17,922 nt of DNA from Candidatus Eiseniibacteriota bacterium. GTDB taxonomy: Bacteria; Eisenbacteria; RBG-16-71-46; CAZEPH01. The stretch covers positions 1-17,922 of the forward strand of contig JBGATO010000073.1 in the NCBI GenBank assembly GCA_044229145.1, given 5' to 3'. Both the position numbers and the translations under genes were made by a program. Of the stretch, positions 1 through 7,419 are shown in pieces (the stretch's first letter is position 1; each line of letters opens with the position of its first letter). The notes beneath the pieces were generated by a model. The model ran no database searches and was not told the DNA's origin. It saw only the letters and a program-made list of their open reading frames with translations.

Positions 1-1
1 C

Positions 2-121
2 GCCGCCCGCGCCCGCGCCGCGCATCCCGCCGCGCCCGACGTGCGCCGCGCGATGGACGTCGCGGGTGACGAGGAACTCCCGGCGCTGTATCTCGATCGC
101 GGAGAGGCCGACGGGCGATGA
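2..121 (+). CDS. 3' end of an unidentified upstream gene (partial)
   Basis: Frame 2 is open from the window edge (AARARAAHPAAPDVRRAMDVAGDEELPALYLDRGEADGR*) with GC-rich third positions. Its TGA (119-121) overlaps the ispD ATG (118-120), as at the downstream junctions. Confidence 0.55.
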   Translation, partial: AARARAAHPAAPDVRRAMDVAGDEELPALYLDRGEADGR

Positions 122-816
122 CGCCACGCATCAGCGCGATCGTCGTCGCGGCGGGAAGTGGCGAGCGCTTCGGCGCGGCCTGCGCGAAGGCGTGGGTGCC
201 GCTCGCCGGCAAGCCACTCTTGTGGCACGCGCTCACGATGCTCCACGCGCTCGACGAGGTCGATGAAGTCGTCGTCGTCCTGCGCGCGGAGGACGTGACG
301 CAGTACATGAGCGCGATCGCCGAGCACTATGCCTTCGCCAAGGTGACGGCGGTGGTGCCGGGCGGTGCGCGGCGGCAGGATTCGGTGCGGCACGGGCTCG
401 ACGCGGTGTACGCGCGCACCGAGCGCGTGCTGGTGCATGACGCGGCGCGGCCGCTCGCCGATGCGGCGCTCGTCCGTCGCGTCCTCGGCGCGCTCGACGA
501 TCCGGCCGTGGCCGGCGCGGTGCCTGCGCTCCCGGTGGTGGACACGCTCAAGCGCGTCGACGGCGCGCGCGTCGTCGGCACCGCGGACCGCGCGACGCTG
601 GTGCGCGTGCAGACGCCGCAAGCGTTTCGCTACGCGGCGCTGTTCGACGCGCACATGCGCGCGCGCGGCAGTGACGTCGAAGCCACCGACGATGCCGCGC
701 TGCTCGAAGCCGCCGGCGCGCCAGTGGTCCACGTACCGGGCGACGCGCGCAATCTCAAGGTGACCTACGCGGAGGATCTGGTGGTGGCGGAAGCGCTGTT
801 GGCGGCGGTGCGATGA
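118..816 (+). CDS. ispD: 2-C-methyl-D-erythritol 4-phosphate cytidylyltransferase
   Basis: Motifs AAGSGERFG..K, GGARRQDSV, VLVHDAARP, DTLK, VQTPQAF, TDDA and NLKVT; adjacent to ispF. Confidence 0.97.
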   Translation: MTPRISAIVVAAGSGERFGAACAKAWVPLAGKPLLWHALTMLHALDEVDEVVVVLRAEDVTQYMSAIAEHYAFAKVTAVVPGGARRQDSVRHGLDAVYARTERVLVHDAARPLADAALVRRVLGALDDPAVAGAVPALPVVDTLKRVDGARVVGTADRATLVRVQTPQAFRYAALFDAHMRARGSDVEATDDAALLEAAGAPVVHVPGDARNLKVTYAEDLVVAEALLAAVR

Positions 817-1304
817 TGCGTGTCGGCATCGGCTACGACATCCACGCGCTCGTCGACGGCCGGCGTCTCGTGCTCGGCGGTGTCGAGATCGCGCACGCAC
901 GCGGCTTGCTCGGTCACAGCGATGCGGACGTCGTGACGCACGCGATCTGCGATGCGCTGCTCGGCGCGCTCGCGCTCGGCGATCTCGGCCGCCACTTCCC
1001 CGACACCGACGCGCGGTGGAAGGATGCGTCGAGCCTCGACCTGCTCGCGCACGTCGTCGGGCTCGTTCACGCGCGCGGCTACACGGTCGGCAACATCGAT
1101 GTCACCGTCGTCGCGGCGCAGCCGAAGCTGGCGCCGCACGTCGCCGCGATGCGCGACGCCCTCGCGGCGCGGCTCGGTGTCGATGCCGGCCGCGTCTCGG
1201 TGAAGGCGACCACCGGCGAAGGTCTGAGTCCCGAAGGGCGCGGCGAGGCGATCGCCGCGCACGCGATCGCGCTGGTGCAGCGCACGGCACAGGAGACGCA
1301 ATGA
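813..1304 (+). CDS. ispF: 2-C-methyl-D-erythritol 2,4-cyclodiphosphate synthase
   Basis: RVGIGYDIH, LGGV, GHSDADV..HA..DALLGA, GDLG.HFPD, PKLAPH and VSVKATTGEGL. Start is 813 or 816 (ATGATG). Confidence 0.97.
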   Translation: MMRVGIGYDIHALVDGRRLVLGGVEIAHARGLLGHSDADVVTHAICDALLGALALGDLGRHFPDTDARWKDASSLDLLAHVVGLVHARGYTVGNIDVTVVAAQPKLAPHVAAMRDALAARLGVDAGRVSVKATTGEGLSPEGRGEAIAAHAIALVQRTAQETQ

Positions 1305-2344
1305 ACATCGTCGTGTTGATGGGAGGAGTGTCGGCGGAACGTATCATCTCGTTCAAGTCCGGCTTCGCGGTGGCGAAGGCGCTCGCGAGCAAGGGCCACA
1401 GGGTGACCGCGCTCGACGCCGCCGACGGCAGCGTCGTGGACTTCACCGGCGATCCGCCAACCGCCAGCCGCACGCCCGAGGCCGAACGGGACACCGCGCT
1501 CGGCGCACTGGCCGGCGGCGCCCGCGCCACCGCCACCGCGCTCGACACGCTCGCGTTCCTGCGCGTGCCCGCGTTCGCCCAGGCGCACGTCGTCTTCAAC
1601 GCGCTGCACGGCGGGGTCGGCGAGAACGGCGCGATCGCCGCCGTCCTGCAGATGGTCGACAAGCCGTGCTCGAGCGCCGGCGTGGAAGCCAGCGCGATCG
1701 CCATGGACAAGGCGATGAGCAAGCGTCTCATGGCCTACCACGAACTGCCGACCGCGCCGTGGCTCGTGCTGTCGGCCCGCGCGTGCAATGGCGAATGGCC
1801 GACACTGGCCGAATGCGCGCCGATGACGCTGCCGCTGGTCGTCAAGCCGAACTCGGAAGGGTCGAGCGTCGGCCTGACCATCGTGCACGACGAGGCCGAG
1901 TGGATCCCGGCGCTCGAGAAGTCCGCGCGCTGCGAAGATGCCATCCTGGTCGAACAATTCATCGACGGTCGCGAACTCACGGTAACCGTGCTCGACGGTC
2001 AACCGCTGCCGATCGTCGAGATCATCCCGAACAGCGGCCTGTACGACTACGAGGCGAAGTACACCAAGGGCATGTCACGCTACGAATGCCCGGCGCAGCT
2101 CGACGAGGAGACGACGCAACGCCTGCAGCGCGATGCGGCCGCGCTCTTCCACGGGCTCGGCTTGCACGGCATCGCGCGCATCGACATCCGCCTCGGCACC
2201 GACGGCATCGGCTACATCCTCGAGGCCAACACGGTGCCCGGCCTCACCGAAACCAGCTTGGTGCCGATGGCGGCGCGTGCCGCCGGCATCGAATTCGCCG
2301 ACCTCATGGAACACCTCGTGGTGGCGGCGCTGGCGCGGGAATGA
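1301..2344 (+). CDS. ddl: D-alanine--D-alanine ligase (ATP-grasp)
   Basis: Start ATG at 1301 preceded by AGGAG; the track ORF from 1016 is over-extended. Motifs MGGVSAER.IS..SG, LHGG.GENG, AMDK, VVKP..EGSSVG, EQFIDGRE, YDYEAKY, RID and EANTVPGLTETSL.P. Confidence 0.95.
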   Translation: MNIVVLMGGVSAERIISFKSGFAVAKALASKGHRVTALDAADGSVVDFTGDPPTASRTPEAERDTALGALAGGARATATALDTLAFLRVPAFAQAHVVFNALHGGVGENGAIAAVLQMVDKPCSSAGVEASAIAMDKAMSKRLMAYHELPTAPWLVLSARACNGEWPTLAECAPMTLPLVVKPNSEGSSVGLTIVHDEAEWIPALEKSARCEDAILVEQFIDGRELTVTVLDGQPLPIVEIIPNSGLYDYEAKYTKGMSRYECPAQLDEETTQRLQRDAAALFHGLGLHGIARIDIRLGTDGIGYILEANTVPGLTETSLVPMAARAAGIEFADLMEHLVVAALARE

Positions 2345-3213
2345 GCACACCGCGCACGACGCCGGTGTTCGACCCGTCGCATCCCGCATTCGACGTGCGG
2401 CATCTCGGCGATTGGGTCGCGGTGAGCGGACTGCGTGTCGCGCTCATCATCCTCGGCTGCCTGATCGGCGCGCGCATCGGGTGGTCGATCATCGCCCGCA
2501 TCGAACGCGCGGCGGAGAAGCGTCTCATCGCCGGCGACGCCGACGCGGTGCGCCGCGCCCGCACCATCGGCCAAGCGTTGCGCAGTTTGGTGGCCGGCCT
2601 TTTCCTGTTCCTCGGCGCCGCGCTCACGCTGCGCGAGTTCGGCGTCGATGTCGGCCCGCTGCTGGCGAGTGCCGGCGTGGTCGGCGTGGCGATTGGGTTC
2701 GGCGCACAGTCGCTGGTGCGCGACGCCATCGCCGGCGCCTTCATCCTCTACGAGAACCAGTTCGACGTCGGCGATGTCATCAGCGGCGCCGGCGTCAGCG
2801 GCGTCGTCGAAGGCGTGAACCTGCGCACCACGGTGCTGCGCGATCTCGACGGGCGCGTGCACGTCATCCCGAACGGCGAGTTCAAGGTCATCACCAACCT
2901 CACGCGCGATTGGCACGGCGTGATCGTCGACGTCGGGGTGGCGTATGGCGAAGATCTCGCGAAGGTGCGCGCGTTGCTCGAGGCGGAGATGGCGGATATG
3001 GCGCGCGACGACGAGATCGGCGCGCTGTTACTCGAGCCGCCGCAGATCCTCGGCGTCGAAGGGTTCTTCGACCTCTATTACACGTTGCGGTTGGCGGCGC
3101 GGGTGCAGCCGCGCGGCTATCGCACGGTGCGGCGCGCGCTGCAGGAGCGCGTGGTCTGCGCGTTCCATCGCGAAGGTATTCGCATGCGGGTGCCGCCGGG
3201 AGCGGTGACATGA
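2341..3213 (+). CDS. small-conductance mechanosensitive channel, MscS family
   Basis: ATG 2341 overlaps the ddl stop. Hydrophobic N-terminal helices, then LLASAGVVGVAIGFGAQSLVRDAIAG.FIL.ENQF.VGDVI, G.VE.VNLRTT.LRD.DG.VH.IPNG. Confidence 0.93.
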   Translation: MSTPRTTPVFDPSHPAFDVRHLGDWVAVSGLRVALIILGCLIGARIGWSIIARIERAAEKRLIAGDADAVRRARTIGQALRSLVAGLFLFLGAALTLREFGVDVGPLLASAGVVGVAIGFGAQSLVRDAIAGAFILYENQFDVGDVISGAGVSGVVEGVNLRTTVLRDLDGRVHVIPNGEFKVITNLTRDWHGVIVDVGVAYGEDLAKVRALLEAEMADMARDDEIGALLLEPPQILGVEGFFDLYYTLRLAARVQPRGYRTVRRALQERVVCAFHREGIRMRVPPGAVT

Positions 3214-4229
3214 CACGGTGGATGGCGGCTGTGGCCGTCGTGCTCGTAGCGGCCGGCTGCGGCCGCAAGGCGGCGCCGCCGCGGACGGCGGACCCGGCCG
3301 TGCCGGTGCAGGTGGCGCCGGCCGAGGCCGGCGGGGCGAACGCGGCGATCGTGACCGGCGGCCGGGTCGTCGGGGCGCGGGAAACACTGGTCGCGTGGAA
3401 GATCGCCGGGCGCGTCCTGCGAATGCGTGTCAAGCCGGGCGACCGCGTCCGCGCCGGCCAACCGCTCGCCGATCTCGACCCGGTCGATGCACGGGCCGCG
3501 GCGGCGCAGGCCGACGCCGCCTACGACAACGCCGCGCGTGCCGCCGCGCACGCCGAGAGCCTGGCGGCGAGCGGCGCGCTCGCCGGCGCGCGGGTGAGCG
3601 ACGCGCAGGCCGGGGCCCGCGCCGCCCGCGCCGTTCGCGACCAAGCACACGATGCGCTCACGCGCACCACGCTCACCGCGCCGTATGCCGGCGTGATCGG
3701 CACGACGTGGGCGCAAGAGGGCGAACTCCTTGCCGCCGGCGCGCCTGTTGCCTCGGTCGTCGACGACGCGCGACTGCTCGCGCGCACCGCCGTCACCGAT
3801 GCCGACGCCGGCCGCGTGCACTCCGGCGACGCCGCCACCGTCCGCGTGGCGAGCGGCGCGGCGCTCGACGCGCGCGTCGATGCCGTCGGCGGCGCGCCCG
3901 ATCCTGCCACTGGGCTCTACCGCGTCGACCTCGCGCTGCCCGCGCATGCCGGCCTGCGCCCCGGCATGGTGGTGGACGCCACGCTCGAACCGCGCGGTGA
4001 TGGTCGCACCGTCGCCCTGGTGCCGCCGGATGCGGTGTTGCGGCGTGGTGGTCGCGACATCGTCTACCTCGCGCGTGCCGGTCACGCGGTCGAACGCGTG
4101 GTGACCGTCGGCGACGTGCGTGGCGCGCGCGTCGCGCTGCTCGCCGGCGTGGCACCTGGCGACAGCGTCGTCGTGGTCGGTCAACAATACGTGCGCGACG
4201 GCGGCGCCCTGCGCGTCACCGCGCGCTGA
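3210..4229 (+). CDS. RND efflux periplasmic adaptor (membrane fusion protein), predicted lipoprotein
   Basis: ATG 3210 overlaps the MscS stop. Signal peptide with lipobox-like AAGC (Cys17). Lipoyl halves GRVLRMRVKPGDRVRAGQPLA.LD and LTAPYAGVI, DPATG, LRPGM, and C-terminal GVAPGD.VVV.GQ. Confidence 0.93.
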   Translation: MTRWMAAVAVVLVAAGCGRKAAPPRTADPAVPVQVAPAEAGGANAAIVTGGRVVGARETLVAWKIAGRVLRMRVKPGDRVRAGQPLADLDPVDARAAAAQADAAYDNAARAAAHAESLAASGALAGARVSDAQAGARAARAVRDQAHDALTRTTLTAPYAGVIGTTWAQEGELLAAGAPVASVVDDARLLARTAVTDADAGRVHSGDAATVRVASGAALDARVDAVGGAPDPATGLYRVDLALPAHAGLRPGMVVDATLEPRGDGRTVALVPPDAVLRRGGRDIVYLARAGHAVERVVTVGDVRGARVALLAGVAPGDSVVVVGQQYVRDGGALRVTAR

Positions 4230-4238
4230 GGTCGCACC

Positions 4239-7200
4239 ATGCGCCTCACCGAACTTTCGGCGCTCTCCCTCAAGCAGTGGCGTTTCGTCGTCGTGCTCGT
4301 GGTGGGCGCGGTGCTGTTCGGAATCTTCGGCTTCGCGCACCTGCCGCGGCAGGAAGACCCCGAGGCGGTCGTCACCGAAGTCGGCATCTACACGCTCTAT
4401 CCCGGCGCGACGCCCGCGACCCTCGAACAGTTGGTGACCAAGCCGCTCGAGCAAGCCGCGAAAGGCGTCGAAGACGTCGACCACGTCATCTCGTACAGCA
4501 TCGCGAATCTGTCGATGCTCGACGTGCTGATCAAGGACGATGCCGATGTCGATCAAGTCGTCGACAACCTGCGCAGTGCGATGAACGCCGCCGCGCCGGC
4601 GCTGCCCGAGGGCACGCACGCGCCGGAGGTCGTGGAGTTCACGCCGCAATTGGTCGCCACCATGTTCGTGGTGTTGCGGGGCGACCTCAGCGAGCGCGAG
4701 ATGGGGCGTACGGCACGCGCCGTGAAGGACGCGCTCGCGCTCCTCCCCGCCGTCAAGTCGGCGAGCGTCGAAGGCGAGCAGCCGGAGGAAGTCCGCGTCA
4801 GCGTCGATCCGGCGCGGGCCGCGGCGCGCGGCGTCAGCATCGCCGAGGTGATCGACGCGTTGCGAGGCGCCCACGTGCACCTGCCGGCCGGCCGCCTCGA
4901 TCTCGGACGTGCCGCTGTCCCGGTGACCGTCGACGCGGAACTCGCCAACGCCGACGCCGTGCGCGCCGCGCCGGTCGCCCTGCGCGGCGGCGAGGTGATT
5001 CGCGTCGGCGATGTCGCGCGTGTCGAGCGCCGTGTCGCCGATCCGGTGAACCAGATGCGTCTCAACGGCGAGCGCGCCATCGCCATCGCCGTCTACGCGC
5101 CGAAGCACACCAATCTCGTGGCGCTCGGCGATCAGGTGCGCGCCGAACTGCGCCGGCTCCAGCCGACGCTCCCGCGCGGCGTGTCCGTCGCGATTCCGCA
5201 CGACCAGCCGGCCTCGATCGCCGCGCATCTCGGCGAGCTCGAGCTCAACCTGCTCGAAGGCATGCTGCTGGTGGCGCTGGCGGTGTTCGCCTTCCTCGGC
5301 ACGCGTGCGGCGCTCATCGTCACCACCGCGCTGCCACTGTCGGTGTGCATCGCGCTCGGCCTGATGGATCTCACCGGCTTTGCGTTCGACCAGATCTCGA
5401 TCGCGGCGCTGGTCATCGCGATCGGGATGTTGGTGGACGATGCGGTGGTGGTAGTCGACAGCGTGCAGCGCTTCCTCGATCGCGGTGTCGAGAAAGCACG
5501 CGCGACCGTGCTCGGAACCGCGTTCGTCTTCCACGCCAACAACGCGACGACCCTCACTGCCATCGCCGCGTTCCTGCCGCTCTTCCTGATCGGCGGCGTC
5601 ACCGGATCGTTCCTGCGCGGCATTCCGGCGGTCGTCACCTTCGCGCTCGCCGCGTCGCTGCTCATCGCGCAGATCGTCACGCCGTTGCTCGCGTATCGCT
5701 TCCTGCGGCCACATCCGCACGGCGACGCGCCGGCCGAGATCGATCCGACGATCGACGACACCTCCGACGAAGCGCTGGCCCGCGAGGGCGGCGTGATGCG
5801 CGTGCTGCACCCGCCGTACCGCGCCGCGCTGCGCGGCGCGTTGGCGCATCCGTGGCGCACGTTGGCGATCACGCTGGTGTGCGCGATCGGCGCCGGCGCG
5901 ATGTTCCGTTCGCTCGGCGTGCAGTTCTTCCCGAAGGCCGAGAAGCCGCAGTTCCTGATCTACGTGCAGGCGCCGGCCGGCACGCGCTACGCGGTCACCG
6001 ATTCGCTCACCCGCGCGGTCGAACGCGCGGTGCTCCGGCGCTCCGAGGTCGACGCTGTGCTGACCAGCGTCGGCAAAGGACTGCCGCGTCTCTACTACAA
6101 CGTCCCGCAGCATCGCGAGGACGAAGCGTATGCCATGCTCTTCGTCACGTTGAAGACCAAGGCGCATCTGGCGCCGATCGTGCCGGCCGCTGCCGTGATC
6201 GACTCTTTGCGCGTGCCTCTCGCGTCGATTCCTGGCGTCGAGATCGACTGCAAGGAGCTCGAGCAGGGGCCGATCGTCGGCGCCCCGGTAGCGGTCCGCA
6301 TCCAGGGCGACGACTTCGCCACCATCACGCGCGTGGCGGCGACAGTACGCCACGAGATGGAGCGCGTCCCCGGCGCGGTCAACGTGCGGGACGACCTCGA
6401 CGAAGGATTGCCGCAACTCAGCGTGGAGTTCGATCGCGAACGCATCGCCCGCGCGGGCTTGTCACCGGACATCGTGGCCGCCGTGATACGCAGCACGCTG
6501 GCCGGCGTCACGGTGGCGCGGATTCGCGAGGAGGACCGCGAAATCCCGGTGCGCGTCGAATCCACACGCGGTCGCGGCACCATGACGCTGGAGACGCTCA
6601 CCGGCGCGCCGTTGCCCGGCTACGTGCGACAGACCGCACCCGAAGACCTTTTACTCGGCACCACGAGTGCCACCGCGCTTCGCTTGCGCGGTCCCGCCGA
6701 GAGCGACCCGCAGCTCGCACCGCTCGGGCGCGTCGTCACGCCACGCCTCACGCACGAACGCAGCGAGATCGTACGCCGCGACCTCCGCCGGGTCGGAACG
6801 GTGCGTTGCGACGTGCACGGCACGCTGCCCAGCCGGGTGGTCGCCGAACTCGAAACCCGGCTCGCGTCGCTCGAAGTGCCGGAAGGCTACACGCTGACGT
6901 ATGGCGGCGAGAACGAAGAGCGCGACAAGTCGTTCGCCAGTCTCGGCCGCAGCGGAACGCTCGCGTTGCTCCTCATTTACGCGATCACCATCTTGCAGTT
7001 CAATTCGTTATTGCAGCCGGTGGTTCTCGTCTTCACGATTCCGCTCGCGGCGGTCGGTGCGATTGCCGGGTTGTACGTCACGCGCAATCCATTCGGGTTC
7101 TCGGCATTCCTCGGACTGGTCGCCCTCACCGGCATCGTGGTGAATCACAAGATCTATCTGATCGACCGCATCAACGTGTTTCGCGCGCACGGCATGTCGG

Positions 7201-7412
7201 TGGACGAGGCGATCGTGGCGGCGGGGCATTCGCGGCTGCGGCCGGTCGTGCTGACGGCGTTGACGGCGATCGGCGGCTTGCTGCCGCTGGCGGTCAGCGG
7301 GCACAGCTTGTGGTCGCCGTTCGGCGGCGTGGTGATCGCGGGATTGTTGGCGTCGACGGTGTTGAGTTTGATCGTGATGCCGGTGATCTATCGATTGGTG
7401 ATTCGGCGCTAG
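4239..7412 (+). CDS. RND family efflux permease (AcrB/AcrD/AcrF-like), 1057 aa
   Basis: LPRQEDP, YPGATP..LEQ.VT.PLE, TM4 IAIGMLVDDAVVVV, AFLPL, QFFP, GGENEE and RLRPVVLT.LT.IGGLLPLA; duplicated two-half topology. Confidence 0.96.
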   Translation: MRLTELSALSLKQWRFVVVLVVGAVLFGIFGFAHLPRQEDPEAVVTEVGIYTLYPGATPATLEQLVTKPLEQAAKGVEDVDHVISYSIANLSMLDVLIKDDADVDQVVDNLRSAMNAAAPALPEGTHAPEVVEFTPQLVATMFVVLRGDLSEREMGRTARAVKDALALLPAVKSASVEGEQPEEVRVSVDPARAAARGVSIAEVIDALRGAHVHLPAGRLDLGRAAVPVTVDAELANADAVRAAPVALRGGEVIRVGDVARVERRVADPVNQMRLNGERAIAIAVYAPKHTNLVALGDQVRAELRRLQPTLPRGVSVAIPHDQPASIAAHLGELELNLLEGMLLVALAVFAFLGTRAALIVTTALPLSVCIALGLMDLTGFAFDQISIAALVIAIGMLVDDAVVVVDSVQRFLDRGVEKARATVLGTAFVFHANNATTLTAIAAFLPLFLIGGVTGSFLRGIPAVVTFALAASLLIAQIVTPLLAYRFLRPHPHGDAPAEIDPTIDDTSDEALAREGGVMRVLHPPYRAALRGALAHPWRTLAITLVCAIGAGAMFRSLGVQFFPKAEKPQFLIYVQAPAGTRYAVTDSLTRAVERAVLRRSEVDAVLTSVGKGLPRLYYNVPQHREDEAYAMLFVTLKTKAHLAPIVPAAAVIDSLRVPLASIPGVEIDCKELEQGPIVGAPVAVRIQGDDFATITRVAATVRHEMERVPGAVNVRDDLDEGLPQLSVEFDRERIARAGLSPDIVAAVIRSTLAGVTVARIREEDREIPVRVESTRGRGTMTLETLTGAPLPGYVRQTAPEDLLLGTTSATALRLRGPAESDPQLAPLGRVVTPRLTHERSEIVRRDLRRVGTVRCDVHGTLPSRVVAELETRLASLEVPEGYTLTYGGENEERDKSFASLGRSGTLALLLIYAITILQFNSLLQPVVLVFTIPLAAVGAIAGLYVTRNPFGFSAFLGLVALTGIVVNHKIYLIDRINVFRAHGMSVDEAIVAAGHSRLRPVVLTALTAIGGLLPLAVSGHSLWSPFGGVVIAGLLASTVLSLIVMPVIYRLVIRR

Positions 7413-7419
7413 ATCACCG
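7381..7419. repeat. perfect 10-bp inverted repeat spanning two convergent stop codons (possible terminator or pause hairpin)
   Basis: CGGTGATCTA (7381-7390) and TAGATCACCG (7410-7419) are exact reverse complements with a 19-nt loop. No U-tract on either strand. Confidence 0.4.

Noticed and set aside
1016..3209. Long N-terminal extensions given by the track for ddl (1016), MscS (1666) and the adaptor (2133)
   Set aside because: They overlap real upstream genes. The starts at 1301, 2341 and 3210 coincide with ATGA overlaps and the onset of family motifs.
3117..6416. 1099-aa minus-strand ORF (and the 1066-aa alternate-frame ORF 4277-7477)
   Set aside because: Shadow frames of the RND adaptor and permease genes. 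Stop codons are scarce in GC-rich DNA, the translations are Arg/Gly/Ala-rich and no motifs are recognisable.
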